A DNA stretch of 64,000 nucleotides from a virus (IMGVR_UViG_3300033066_002238:4440-68439), one strand, 5' to 3'. Counted from the first letter of the stretch, positions 26,326 through 36,322 are shown. Numbers and translations are program-made. The notes: generated from the letters alone by a model not told the origin.

Positions 26326-27171
26326 CTAGAAGGAGTAGCCGAGCATGTCGATGCTCACCGTGGTGGTGGCGGCGTTCACGTAATACTCGAGTTTCCGGTC
26401 GGAGCTGGTGTGCAGGTGCAGCGTCTTGGCCTGGCGGTCGTTCGCGCCGGAGGAGGTGGCGGTGCGGATGCCGGCGCCGCCCGCGAAGTCGGCGCCCTTG
26501 GGGCCGAGCACCGAGAAGCCACTGGCCGCGATCGTGGTGATGGTCTCGGTCTGCAGGCTCACCAGGGCCGCGTAGGGCGGCAGCGCCTTCACGGCCATAT
26601 CGATCGCGGTGGCCACGGTCTGGTTCCCGGCGAGGACGAGGCTGATCGGCGTCTCGTAGATCACCTCGTTGCGGTTCTGGTAGAACCTGCGGATCTTGGC
26701 GCCCGCATCGGTGCAGAAGCCCCCCACGAAGCGGTGGCTCACGGTGCCGAACATGAAGAAGCCCGTCGGCTCGGGCATCACCGCGGAGATCTGGTACTTG
26801 GGCAGGCCCGAGACCACATCGAAGTACAGGTAGATCGCGTAGTTCTTGGAGCCGTCGAAGGCGGGCGCGCCGGTGTCGAGCTGCGCCACGGTGATGTTCT
26901 GGGCCGCCATCGAGATGAAGCGCGGGGCGCTGGAGCTGTCGGTGACGATGACGCCCCCGAGCGCCGCGGCCTGGACCGTGGTGCCGTCGATCGACGAGAG
27001 GCGCACAGGCCCACAGGGATCGCTCACCATGCCCGCGCGGCGGAAGTTGAAGACCCCGCGGTCGGCGAGGTCTTTGACCATGTTGTTCGTCGCGTCTGCC
27101 GTCGCGGGCTGGTTCGTGTCCGGGAGCGTGAGGGTGGTCGGGTACTGATCGGATCCTGCGTATGACGACAT
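26326..27171 (-). CDS. Tail fibre/baseplate-associated protein (paralogue A)
   Basis: MSSYAG start, position after baseplate, collinear with 27175-28023. Confidence 0.7.
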   Translation of the reverse strand: MSSYAGSDQYPTTLTLPDTNQPATADATNNMVKDLADRGVFNFRRAGMVSDPCGPVRLSSIDGTTVQAAALGGVIVTDSSSAPRFISMAAQNITVAQLDTGAPAFDGSKNYAIYLYFDVVSGLPKYQISAVMPEPTGFFMFGTVSHRFVGGFCTDAGAKIRRFYQNRNEVIYETPISLVLAGNQTVATAIDMAVKALPPYAALVSLQTETITTIAASGFSVLGPKGADFAGGAGIRTATSSGANDRQAKTLHLHTSSDRKLEYYVNAATTTVSIDMLGYSF

Positions 27172-27174
27172 GGC

Positions 27175-28023
27175 CTAGCCCTCCTTGTAGCCGCGCACCC
27201 AGATGGAGCAGAAGCCTCCCTGCGCCGGACTGTTCTTGTACTCGATCTCCTGGGTGCTGCCGAGCATCTGAGGGTACTCCTCCGAGTTGTAGGAGCGCTC
27301 GGTGCCCGCTGCGTTGCCGATGCCGCTGTAGAGCACGCGCTCGTTGATCGAGCCCACCGCGCGCACCCTGAGCACCTCGCTCACCGGCTGCGCGTTGTAC
27401 ACCTCGATGCGCAGGTGCGCCACGGTCGCGTGCGGCGGCAGGTAGGGCTTGAGGTTGAGCGTGGTCCACCCCGCGTTGCGGCTCTCGTTTAGGACCAGCT
27501 GCAGCCCCTGATCGAACATCACGTCATAGCCGGTCTTCTGGCCACGCACGATGACCCCGGCGCCATCGGTCATGAAGGATCCGATGTAGCGGCGGAAGTC
27601 ATCGGTGGCCTGCGCCGAGAGGTCCGCGCGGGGCTTGTCCTCGCTGATGGTGTAGCTGTACAGGCCCGCCGCGTACTTGAGGTAGATGTAGTAGGGCGTC
27701 GATGGCTTGAAGGGCGGCGCAACATCGAGCTTGGCGATGTTGATGGTCTCGGCCCCCCGCGCGTTCGCCTGGAAGCGGTTGCCAAAGGGCGCGATCCGCT
27801 GCAGGTAGGTGGGCACCGGCGAGATCTTGAGGTTGGCCCCGTCGTCGCAGCGGATCCGCGTGTGCTGGTGGATGGGCGCCGCGCTCGCGAGTGTGGTTGC
27901 GTTGAGCAGGCAGTTTTGCAGCGCACGAAAGGCGCGGCACACGCTCTCGGCGTCGGCGATGTCGAGATCTTCGGGGATGACGATGACGCCCTGATCGTCG
28001 GGCGCACCAGCGTAGCTCTGCAT
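27175..28023 (-). CDS. Tail fibre/baseplate-associated protein (paralogue B)
   Basis: MQSYAG start; shared APxF...Y.IYL...Y.IS..P...R(F/Y)(V/I)G.F.TD. Confidence 0.7.
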   Translation of the reverse strand: MQSYAGAPDDQGVIVIPEDLDIADAESVCRAFRALQNCLLNATTLASAAPIHQHTRIRCDDGANLKISPVPTYLQRIAPFGNRFQANARGAETINIAKLDVAPPFKPSTPYYIYLKYAAGLYSYTISEDKPRADLSAQATDDFRRYIGSFMTDGAGVIVRGQKTGYDVMFDQGLQLVLNESRNAGWTTLNLKPYLPPHATVAHLRIEVYNAQPVSEVLRVRAVGSINERVLYSGIGNAAGTERSYNSEEYPQMLGSTQEIEYKNSPAQGGFCSIWVRGYKEG

Positions 28024-28026
28024 GAT

Positions 28027-29712
28027 CTACTCCCAGGGCTCGCGCAGCCGCTTGAGCGCATAGTTGAGGTTGAAGCGAGTTCCGTCGCCGAAGGCGAAGC
28101 CACCGATCGGCGCGTTCCAGTAGATCTTGCCCTGGCCCGTGCACCACCACAGGCCCCCATCGCCCGCCACCCAGAAGTTTGTCTGCCGCGTGCCGTGGCA
28201 GCCCCACAGGTGCCCGAAGCCGATGGCGGGGGTCTTCACGTTGGCGTCTGCCACGCTCCAGGTGGCGCCGTCGTAGGCCCACAGCTCCCCCTGCGCCGCC
28301 GCCGCGGGCCGCACGGTGGCCATGGCCTTGCCATCCGCCGTGCCCCAGATGCTGCTCACGCTCCCGGCGTTCGGGGATGCCACCGCGGACCAGGCGGCGC
28401 CGTCCCAGTGGCGCAGCGTGCCGTTGTCGCCGCCGATCCAGATGTCGGCGGCCGAGCGCCCCCAGATGGCGAAGAGCGCCGAGGCGGTGAAGGTGGTGGT
28501 GGTGATCCAGGCGGTGCCGTCGTAGTGGTGCGCGACGCCTCCCGAGCCCACCGCCCAGACATCGTTTACGCCAGTCGAGAACATCTCCAGCAGGCCATCG
28601 GCGGTGAGCGGCGGGATCACGCTCCAGCTGGTGCCGTCGTAGTGCAGGAGCGCGCCGTTCGTGCCGCAGGCCCAGAGATCGGCGCCGGCGCCAGTGACCC
28701 CGGTGAGGGTCTCAGGGGTCGGTGACGTGATCGAGGTCCAGGCCGCGCCGTCCCAGTGCAGGATGCGCCCGAACTGCCCCACCGCCCAGACATCGCTCGG
28801 CGAGCGCCCCCAGACACTGAAGAGGTTCTCGGTGACGCCGGTTGCGGTGGGTGTCCACGCGACGCCGTTCCACAAAAGCGCGGTGCCGTTGTCCCCGACG
28901 GCCATCGCCTGGTAGCTGCTCCAGGTCCGCACGCTCCACATGGTGCGCGGCTGCGGGTAGTAGCCCGGGTAGGTGAACAGGATGCCGCGGCATGAGAAGT
29001 TCGCGCACTTCTGCTGCCGCAAGGTCAGGTACAGGCGGCGCAGCGCGGTGCGGTCGCCGGTGACCAGGCTATCCCAGTGCCCGCCGTCGCCAAAGACCCA
29101 CGGATCCCCCCAGCGGCGGAAGGCGAAGGGGTGCGGGGGGTTGATGACCAGCCAGAAGCTGGAGTAGTGCAGGTTGAGCTCCTCCCACCAGCCGGCGCCC
29201 CACTCGGGATCGGTGCCAAAGGGCGGCACCACGCGGCTCGCGGGCGTTGGCTTGGGCAGGAAGAGCGGGTTGTGGTCGGGCTGGCCCGGGATCGTCGGCT
29301 CGATCTTGATCTCGTCGATGCCGACAAGGCGCCGGTGCTTCCACGCCCACACGGGCAGAAGCGCGCAGCTTGTGTACCCAAGGCGCGCCACCTCGTGAAG
29401 GATGCCCTCGTGCCCGCCCGAGCGCTCCCAGATGTTCCACGCATCATCGACCATGGTGCGCGTCTGCGCCGCGGTGAAGGCCTCGGGCTTCTCCAGGTTG
29501 TAGTTCTGGGCCAGGAAGGGCAGCGCGTCGTCGGGCGCGAACTGGACATAGCTCGCGGTGGTCGCGGCCTTCCACCAGCTCTGCACCTCGTCAAACTTCT
29601 CGCCCAGCACCGAGAAGAAGTCGCTGCCGCGCCCCTCGCCAAACAGGCCTTCAGTGAGGTAGTGCCAGGAGAGGAGGCCCCGCTCCAGGAGCATATCCTT
29701 GTAGCTGGCCAT
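28027..29712 (-). CDS. Baseplate wedge (P2 gpI-like) protein with beta-propeller repeat domain
   Basis: N-terminal APDDALPFLAQNYNL..IWERSGGHEGI; about six LFSVWGRSPSDVWAVG..G.ILHWDG..W repeats. Confidence 0.75.
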   Translation of the reverse strand: MASYKDMLLERGLLSWHYLTEGLFGEGRGSDFFSVLGEKFDEVQSWWKAATTASYVQFAPDDALPFLAQNYNLEKPEAFTAAQTRTMVDDAWNIWERSGGHEGILHEVARLGYTSCALLPVWAWKHRRLVGIDEIKIEPTIPGQPDHNPLFLPKPTPASRVVPPFGTDPEWGAGWWEELNLHYSSFWLVINPPHPFAFRRWGDPWVFGDGGHWDSLVTGDRTALRRLYLTLRQQKCANFSCRGILFTYPGYYPQPRTMWSVRTWSSYQAMAVGDNGTALLWNGVAWTPTATGVTENLFSVWGRSPSDVWAVGQFGRILHWDGAAWTSITSPTPETLTGVTGAGADLWACGTNGALLHYDGTSWSVIPPLTADGLLEMFSTGVNDVWAVGSGGVAHHYDGTAWITTTTFTASALFAIWGRSAADIWIGGDNGTLRHWDGAAWSAVASPNAGSVSSIWGTADGKAMATVRPAAAAQGELWAYDGATWSVADANVKTPAIGFGHLWGCHGTRQTNFWVAGDGGLWWCTGQGKIYWNAPIGGFAFGDGTRFNLNYALKRLREPWE

Positions 29713-30884
29713 CAGGTCCCCCGCGTGCGCGCCACGAACTGCAGGCCCGTGTACTGAAAGCCCACCACCTCGTTCGCGGCAAGGCGCTTGTCAAAGAGGC
29801 CCGCGGGCCGGAAGTTCACCACGTTCGAGGCCGACATCACCCTCTCGATGATCTCTGCCCCGAAGATGAAGCCGCCCGGGTCGCTCTCGCGCTGGTAGGT
29901 GTTGAGGTTGGTGATCACTTCATCCTGCGACGCGGGAATATTCGCGCGGCTATTCACCTCGACCACCCCGAAGAGCGGCATCGGGAACAGGCGGCAGCTC
30001 TCTACCGCGATGGTCCCAAGCGGGCAGCGGTAGGGGTTGAGCTTGTCAAAGACGTTCTGCGTCACCGCCGGGGCCACTGGCCCCGCGTCGCCCGCGAGGA
30101 AGAGCGTCACCGCCCCGGGCACCGCCAGGCTCTGGAGGAAGTTGGTAAAGACCACCACGCGCTTCACGACCGGATCCGCGTCGCGGGCCGCGCTGATGTA
30201 GGCGTCCTCGGGGGCGTTTTGCAGGCGGCTCAGGCGGCCAAGGCGCGCCGCCGCGCGGGCGCGCAGCTCCGCCGGGCTCTCGATGTCGCTGCCGTAGAGG
30301 CTGATCCACGTGTCGGGCAGGCCATCGTTGTTCAGATCGATCGTGGGGGTGTTCGAGATGGTCACCCCGGGCAGGCTCACGTTGAGCCGCGAGATCTGCC
30401 CCGCGGCCACGTTCCACGCCGCGCCGGGGCTCTGCGCCTTGACGGGCACGTTCACGCTGCCGCCCGCGGGCAGCACCAGCGGCGCCGTGTTCGTGTTCGT
30501 GTACTTGAGGCCCCCGATGGTGCTCACCGTGTACTGCCCGCCGGTGATCGTGTACGGGCCTGCGGTCGGCGCGCAGGAGAACACCACCACGCCCTGCGTG
30601 AAGGCTGCAGGGTTCTGGGTGAGCATGTACTTGTTGCGGACGAGCAGCGGCAGCCAGTCATCCAGGGCCAGGTAGAGGAAGCCGCCGCGCGCGATGCTGG
30701 TGGCGCTCGCGTAGGCGCGCGAGAAGACGCGGGAGACCGCATCGAGAACGACGAGCGGCACGGCGCCCTCGTTCCAGTCATCGACCGGGAAGGGCGGGGT
30801 GCGGCCCTTGAGGCCCGCCAGCAGCTCATCGAGCACTTGCGCAGGGGTCTTGCCCGCGAGCAGCTCAGCCCAGGTTGGCAGCAT
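29712..30884 (-). CDS. Baseplate J/gp47-like protein
   Basis: V.VKAQSPGAAWN, G.DIESPAELRAR, AY..AA, PGAVTLF motifs; position. Confidence 0.85.
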   Translation of the reverse strand: MLPTWAELLAGKTPAQVLDELLAGLKGRTPPFPVDDWNEGAVPLVVLDAVSRVFSRAYASATSIARGGFLYLALDDWLPLLVRNKYMLTQNPAAFTQGVVVFSCAPTAGPYTITGGQYTVSTIGGLKYTNTNTAPLVLPAGGSVNVPVKAQSPGAAWNVAAGQISRLNVSLPGVTISNTPTIDLNNDGLPDTWISLYGSDIESPAELRARAAARLGRLSRLQNAPEDAYISAARDADPVVKRVVVFTNFLQSLAVPGAVTLFLAGDAGPVAPAVTQNVFDKLNPYRCPLGTIAVESCRLFPMPLFGVVEVNSRANIPASQDEVITNLNTYQRESDPGGFIFGAEIIERVMSASNVVNFRPAGLFDKRLAANEVVGFQYTGLQFVARTRGT

Positions 30885-31263
30885 TGAGGATCTCCGCCGT
30901 CACATTGTTAGCGCTGATCACCAGCGGGAAGGTGCCCTCGGCGAGGGTCACATACATGGTCACAAAGAGGGTGTCATCCTTGAAGGTGGGCGCGTCCACG
31001 CGCACGCTCAGGCAGCGCGCCTCGTGGGCACACACGCGCTGGATGTCCTTCGGGATGCTCGCGAGGCTGGCGGAGCTGATCTGCTCGCCCGCGTACTCGC
31101 GCAGGTCGATCGAGTTCCCCTTGTAGGCGGGGATGCTCGGCGCGGTGGTCACGCGCCGGAAGAGGTTGTAGAGCACGCCGATGCGCCCCTTGACCTGCGG
31201 CCAGTCGGCCCGCAGGCCGCGCTGCGTGAGCTCCACATCGGTGCCGTAGTTCGTCGCCATCAT
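30865..31263 (-). CDS. Baseplate wedge gp25/gpW-like protein
   Basis: Size, position, L.RR..T..G...DLR pattern. Confidence 0.7.
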   Translation of the reverse strand: MMATNYGTDVELTQRGLRADWPQVKGRIGVLYNLFRRVTTAPSIPAYKGNSIDLREYAGEQISSASLASIPKDIQRVCAHEARCLSVRVDAPTFKDDTLFVTMYVTLAEGTFPLVISANNVTAEILNAANLG

Positions 31264-31820
31264 CCCACCTTGCTCTTCAGGCTCAGGAACTTCTGGCTCT
31301 TCGCAGCAAACTGCGCGAGCGCCGTGGCCGCGGTCTTGAGCGCCGCCACGCCATCGAGAGGGGTGACCACCGCGCCGAAGGTGCCAGAGATGCTGGCGAA
31401 GAGCCCGACAAGCTCGTTGATGAACGTGGTGCCGAGCACCATGGCATCGGTCCCGCCCGTCAGCTCCACCAGCACCGCATCAGGCCCGATCGTCATGCGC
31501 TGCGCCTGGTGCGTGACCTCGGTGAAGGTCGCGTCCTCCTGGCTCCACCACGTGGCCCGGGGCTTTTGGGGGTCTCCGTCCGCGAAGCAGATGAGCACCT
31601 TGGCGCCGGGCTGCAGCATGATGTCCCGCTGCGCGCCGCAGACCAGGATCGGCACCTTCGACAGGCCCTTGCCGAGCCTGGGGGAAGCGGGCTTGAGCTC
31701 CAGGGTGCCGTCGGCGTTTTGCACCAGCACCTCACACTCGTAGTGGGCAAAATAATCGACCGGTGAGAGCGCCCTCACGATGCGATCAAGGGATCGGGCG
31801 ATGCCTCCGCGCCGGCTCAT
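31260..31820 (-). CDS. Baseplate central spike (gpV/gp45-like)
   Basis: OB-fold-like N-terminus, PGAKVLICFADGDPQKP. Confidence 0.75.
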   Translation of the reverse strand: MSRRGGIARSLDRIVRALSPVDYFAHYECEVLVQNADGTLELKPASPRLGKGLSKVPILVCGAQRDIMLQPGAKVLICFADGDPQKPRATWWSQEDATFTEVTHQAQRMTIGPDAVLVELTGGTDAMVLGTTFINELVGLFASISGTFGAVVTPLDGVAALKTAATALAQFAAKSQKFLSLKSKVG

Positions 31821-32524
31821 GCTGCGGCCTCCGCGTCGTAGTGCACGATGGTGCGCCAGGTGGTGCCGTCCACCAGGAAGTGCTCTGCGCGCCGCACGCG
31901 GTAGCTGTTCTCGTCGAGGGCAAGAGTCTCGGTGTCCTGCGGGTAGATGGTCACCCCGGGCATGATGGTGCGGTCGTCGCAGGCGAGCTCCAGGCGCCCC
32001 TGCTGCAGGTGGTCGCGCAGCACGTCGGCGGGGACGAGCTCTTCCTCCCAGGTGCTCTGCCCAAACCACGTGGTGCCATCGGGCCGCACGCGCCACTCAA
32101 GGCCGAGCTGCGCGGCCAGCGCATCGAGCGCGGCGCCGCAGGTGCCCTCCAGGCGCATCCAGTGCTCCATGGTGCCAAACAGGAGCGGATCGACGCTGGC
32201 AGGCGAGTAGACCTCGCCCACCAGCTGCAGCGTGGTCTCGGCGATGGTGCGGGCGTCCGAGTAGCTGAAGTGCTGCCCGTCCACGCGCTTTCGCAGGCCG
32301 CCGTAGCCCCCGACCACGCGGCACCAGTTGACCCCTTCCACGATGCCGCCACCCAGGCGCGCGGGCAGCACCGTGCAGGTGAACGCGGTGCCGGGCAGCT
32401 CCAGCTGGAGCTGCCCGGAGAGCACCACGTCTGCATCCACGTTGAGCGTGGCGACCCACGGGCCCTGCAGGTCCATGCTGACGCGGCCCCCGATGAGGGG
32501 ATATCCACCGAGGGTGAAGCTCAT
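31817..32524 (-). CDS. Baseplate hub (gpD/gp44-like) protein
   Basis: Position before spike; WRVRPDGTTWFG motif. Confidence 0.65.
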   Translation of the reverse strand: MSFTLGGYPLIGGRVSMDLQGPWVATLNVDADVVLSGQLQLELPGTAFTCTVLPARLGGGIVEGVNWCRVVGGYGGLRKRVDGQHFSYSDARTIAETTLQLVGEVYSPASVDPLLFGTMEHWMRLEGTCGAALDALAAQLGLEWRVRPDGTTWFGQSTWEEELVPADVLRDHLQQGRLELACDDRTIMPGVTIYPQDTETLALDENSYRVRRAEHFLVDGTTWRTIVHYDAEAAA

Positions 32525-33132
32525 GGGGCGGGCGGGGGTCCGTCGTCCGAGATGAAGTCAGGGTCGATCGCGGCGCCTGCCAGGTTCGGATCGAGCTTGT
32601 TTGGCGCCTTCACCTTCTTCACCGCGTCCTTGTCGTCCTCGTAGACCTCCTCACCCTTGATGACGACGCTGCGCATGCCCCACTCACTCGACCACTGCGG
32701 CGGCTCGATGGTGTCGATGTAGATGAAGTGGATGTCGAGATCGTCAAGATCCGGGTAGTAGATCTTGTGCGGCACCCGCTTGTCGGCGTTGTACTTCGGG
32801 TTGATGCTGGGCAGCGCCGCGCGCCAGGCGCGGTACTGCTCGTCGGTCCACATGAGGAAGGTGAGGGTGATCTCGGCGGGCTTGTAGCCCTGCACCACCT
32901 TGCGGTTGCCGTTTTTGTTCTTGCGCTTGCGCTTGTCGACCTTGTAGGCCACCGGCGCGGTGAGCCCGGTGAGCAGAAGCGGCGCCTCGTTGCTCGGGAA
33001 GAGCGTGTCACCGAGGCGAACGGTGTTCCACTCGTTCATCTCCTCGATGTACATGACGGCGCCGCCGCCGTTCTCGCCGCCCCAGAACAGGCTTGTTCCG
33101 ACGTGGCCAGGGTATCCAGCAAGAGAACTCAT
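32521..33132 (-). CDS. Tail tube initiator/baseplate protein
   Basis: ATGA-coupled directly after tape measure. Confidence 0.6.
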   Translation of the reverse strand: MSSLAGYPGHVGTSLFWGGENGGGAVMYIEEMNEWNTVRLGDTLFPSNEAPLLLTGLTAPVAYKVDKRKRKNKNGNRKVVQGYKPAEITLTFLMWTDEQYRAWRAALPSINPKYNADKRVPHKIYYPDLDDLDIHFIYIDTIEPPQWSSEWGMRSVVIKGEEVYEDDKDAVKKVKAPNKLDPNLAGAAIDPDFISDDGPPPAP

Positions 33133-35084
33133 GCCGCCATGGCCTCCGCCTCTTCTTCGAGAACCCGATCGAGCCACTCGCGGAAGCGCATCTCTTCGCT
33201 CACGCTGTCCGCGCTCACGTTGATGTTGAGATCTCCGTGGATGGTGACCCCGCCGCCGCCGCGGCGCATGCCGTCCTCCGCGCCGCCGACGAAGCCGCCG
33301 ACGAAGCCCATGGCCCCCATCTCGCCGACGCGCCGCATCTTGTGAGAGGGGCTGCGGTTGTCCAGGCCCTCGGGGCCGCTCGCGCCCTCGATGAGGCCCT
33401 TGGCGCCCTCCTGGCCGATCTTGCGCAGCGCCGCCAGGGTCGCGCCTGCGGGGACGCCCGCGAGCTCGGGGCCGGTGGTGGGCGTGGCGAGCGCCGCCGG
33501 GGGTCCTGCGGGCTCGGGGAACTTGCCGCTTGGATCGAAGGTGGGCAGGCCCGGGATGGTGCCGCCGGTGGTGCCGCTCGCGCGGTTGAAGGAGGCCGCG
33601 GTGGGCGAGCGCAGCGCCGCTTCAAACACGGGCGTGCCAGGCACCATGCCCTGCTTGATCAGGGCCTCGCGCTTGTCGGCGAAGTTCTCGCTGTGGGGGC
33701 GCCTGTCCTCGCGGCCCCCGAAGCCCGCCGCAGCCTTGAAGCCCTGCCAGATGCCGTAGCCGAGGAACTTGCCCACCTCCACCAGCACCTCTGCGGTTGC
33801 GGCGAGGAGGTCGTCGGCGTTGCCGTGGAGCAGCTTGTCCATCCACCCCCAGGCCTCGCGGATGACATTCGTGAGGCGCTTGGCCATTTCGACGCCACCG
33901 CGAAAGAACTTGCCCATGTCCTCGCGCGTGATGTTCTTGAGGCCGCCGAAGAGCTCATTGATCAGCTCCTCGACCACCTGCGCCATCATCTTCCCCTCCT
34001 TGGTGCCGAGGTTGAAGAAGGAGAGGATGTCCCCCAAAAAGCGCTTGAGCTCCTGGATGCCCTTGAAGTGATCGATATCGAGGCGCATGAGGAAGGTCGG
34101 GATGATCTCCTCCATGTTGGAAAGGATACCTGCCAGCGACTCGATGCCCTTCTTCTTCGCGTAGGAGCCGAGCGACTTCTGCTTGAGCTCCTCCATGAGG
34201 GCGCGCTGCACCGCGACGCCCATCACGACATCGCTCACCCCGTGGTGCTTGATCAGATCCTGGACCTTCCGGTCCATCACGTTGTCGTAGGCGCCCTCCT
34301 TGTACCCGAGCGCCGGGATCTGCTTGGCCACGTTCTCGCGGATGCCGCGGGCGTTGATGTACATGCCGAAGCTGTTCACGTCGGAGTTGCGCGCCTCACC
34401 GCGCGAGCGCAGCTTCGTCATGGTGTTGATGAATTGACTCATGCGCGAGTCGCCGAAGGCCGCCTGGATGTCGAGCGCCGCGGCGCGCGTGGCGTCGAGG
34501 TCGCGGCCCTTGAACTGCCCGGTGAGCAGGCGCTTGGTCATATCGACCACCTGCGTATTCGAGGCCGGCGTCAGCGAGGAGATGTCGAGCGTCTTTTGCA
34601 GCTGCTTCTCGGCCGCGCCGCGGGATCCCAGCATCACCTCGTAGGCGGTCATGATGAGGCCGCGCTGCTTCGCGGCTTCGACCACGGTGCTCACGAACTC
34701 CTTGCCGTACTCGTAGCCCTTGTGCAGCGCCCAGCCGACGCCATCGACGGCCTTGCCGAGGATGCCCATGCCGACGCTGGCCATGTTGAGATTCCCGAGC
34801 AGGCCCCCCATGAAGCCGCCGCTCGACTTGCCGCTCGCCGCCTCGTGCAGCTTCAGCCACTGCTTCTCGCTGCGCTTCAGCATCTTCTCGATGGCCTGCA
34901 GGTGCTCGATGGCCGCGCCGCTCGACTTCGACAGGTTGGCCATGAAGCCCCCCTGCTTCGTGGCCTTGTCGAGCTTGTCGAGCCAGGTGGCGCAGCTCGT
35001 CAAGAGCTTCTCGATGCGCAGGAGCGGCGCCGCGATTCTATCGGCGATGCCCAGCTCGAAATCTTGGCGCTCCGTGTCGGACAT
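33129..35084 (-). CDS. Tape measure protein
   Basis: Long helical Ala/Gly/Leu-rich ORF after chaperone; YEVMLGSRGAAEKQL. Confidence 0.85.
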   Translation of the reverse strand: MSDTERQDFELGIADRIAAPLLRIEKLLTSCATWLDKLDKATKQGGFMANLSKSSGAAIEHLQAIEKMLKRSEKQWLKLHEAASGKSSGGFMGGLLGNLNMASVGMGILGKAVDGVGWALHKGYEYGKEFVSTVVEAAKQRGLIMTAYEVMLGSRGAAEKQLQKTLDISSLTPASNTQVVDMTKRLLTGQFKGRDLDATRAAALDIQAAFGDSRMSQFINTMTKLRSRGEARNSDVNSFGMYINARGIRENVAKQIPALGYKEGAYDNVMDRKVQDLIKHHGVSDVVMGVAVQRALMEELKQKSLGSYAKKKGIESLAGILSNMEEIIPTFLMRLDIDHFKGIQELKRFLGDILSFFNLGTKEGKMMAQVVEELINELFGGLKNITREDMGKFFRGGVEMAKRLTNVIREAWGWMDKLLHGNADDLLAATAEVLVEVGKFLGYGIWQGFKAAAGFGGREDRRPHSENFADKREALIKQGMVPGTPVFEAALRSPTAASFNRASGTTGGTIPGLPTFDPSGKFPEPAGPPAALATPTTGPELAGVPAGATLAALRKIGQEGAKGLIEGASGPEGLDNRSPSHKMRRVGEMGAMGFVGGFVGGAEDGMRRGGGGVTIHGDLNINVSADSVSEEMRFREWLDRVLEEEAEAMAA

Positions 35085-35085
35085 C

Positions 35086-35283
35086 TCAGGATCCTAGCTT
35101 GCCTAAGAGCGCCCTGGCGAGGCGCCCTATGTCGCGTAGGTTGTGGTTGTTCTCGATCTCAAGCGTAGCACCGATCAGCTGGTCATCTGTGGGCTCGGTG
35201 ATGCCGTGGGCGGCGAGCCAGCAGCGCGCCGCGTAGAAGAAGCTGGTGAGCGTGTTCGCTCTGGCCAGCGCTAGCGCTTTTTT
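35086..35283 (-). CDS. -1 frameshift extension (GT product) of tail assembly chaperone
   Basis: A-AAA-AAG at 35283-35277; -1 frame open (KALALARANTLTSFFY...GKLGS*) ending 1 nt before TMP ATG. Confidence 0.85.
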   Translation of the reverse strand, partial: KKALALARANTLTSFFYAARCWLAAHGITEPTDDQLIGATLEIENNHNLRDIGRLARALLGKLGS

Positions 35284-35807
35284 ACGACATCATCCCCCGC
35301 GGCCTGGTTCATCTGATCGAGGAGGTTCCCGGCGGCGCGCTCCATGATCATGACGCGCACCCCGCCGAAGTTGCACACCTCCTTGAGGCGCTCCAGCGCG
35401 CCTGCGGGGCCGGGCTTCTGCTGGCCGCGCATCCAGAAGATGCAGTCGGTGACGAGCTGGCGCCCGGCCTTGCTCTTCGTCGCCTCGTTCATGCTGGTGC
35501 GCATGAGGCGCTCCCACTGCTCCAGCGTCGGCTCGGTGAAGATGAGGTGCTCCCCGCACACCTCCATGTAGAAGGCGTGAGACGGGGGCGCGCCGGGCCG
35601 CTGGGCGTTTCGCTTGTCGGCCCACGCCTTGGCGCGGTCGATCTGCTCGCTCACGTCGGCGGGCAGCGTGGCGCTCTCCTGGCTCTCCTCCTCCGCGTCG
35701 AGAGAGGAGGCGGACTGCGCCGGTTTGGTGGGGTCGGGGAGGTCGCTGATGTCAGCGGCGGTCTGCTTCTTCGGGGGGGTCTTGGTGGCCTTGTGGTCTG
35801 TGCTCAT
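35271..35807 (-). CDS. Tail assembly chaperone (G product)
   Basis: Between tube and TMP, ends at slippery site. Confidence 0.8.
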   Translation of the reverse strand: MSTDHKATKTPPKKQTAADISDLPDPTKPAQSASSLDAEEESQESATLPADVSEQIDRAKAWADKRNAQRPGAPPSHAFYMEVCGEHLIFTEPTLEQWERLMRTSMNEATKSKAGRQLVTDCIFWMRGQQKPGPAGALERLKEVCNFGGVRVMIMERAAGNLLDQMNQAAGDDVVKKR

Positions 35808-35852
35808 GCCTTGATTTATAGCAAGGCTGGCACGGGGGGCGCCAGTGCCAGA

Positions 35853-36311
35853 TCAGGCCAGGCGCACGCCACCGGCGTAGGTGATGCGCCACACGCGCAG
35901 CGCCACCTCGACGGTGAGGGGGTCGGCCCCCTCCTTGTCGTTGTTGCCGCCCGACAGGACCCGCACGCCCTCCAGCGTGTCGGTGAGCTGGGGCATGTCG
36001 GCCTCCGCAAAGCTCACGGTGACCACGTGCCGCGGGCGGGAGATGCCCGAGAACCCCTGCTGCTGGGCCTCGGCCTGAAGGCCGATGATCCACTGCGCGT
36101 GGAAGTCCTTGTGCATCACGAGGCGCGCCTCCTCGGCCTTGTACTGGCCGGGGGTGTCGCCGACGCTGTACTGCGTGCCACCGGCGCGCGCCTCTCCCGG
36201 GGTCACCTTGTCCGCGTAGGAGATGCTCACAAACTCGATCTCCTCCCCGTCGAACTTGACGACGATGGAGGAGGCGTCGAAGCGGGGATCGTCGCGATCA
36301 ATCTTCGGCAT
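35853..36311 (-). CDS. Tail tube protein
   Basis: About 152 aa beta-rich protein directly after sheath. Confidence 0.8.
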   Translation of the reverse strand: MPKIDRDDPRFDASSIVVKFDGEEIEFVSISYADKVTPGEARAGGTQYSVGDTPGQYKAEEARLVMHKDFHAQWIIGLQAEAQQQGFSGISRPRHVVTVSFAEADMPQLTDTLEGVRVLSGGNNDKEGADPLTVEVALRVWRITYAGGVRLA

Positions 36312-36322
36312 GTCGGGATCCT

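Noticed and set aside
26326-28023. Diversity-generating retroelement or shufflon acting on tail genes
   Set aside because: No reverse transcriptase, TR/VR nucleotide repeat or invertase; the paralogues are diverged at DNA level
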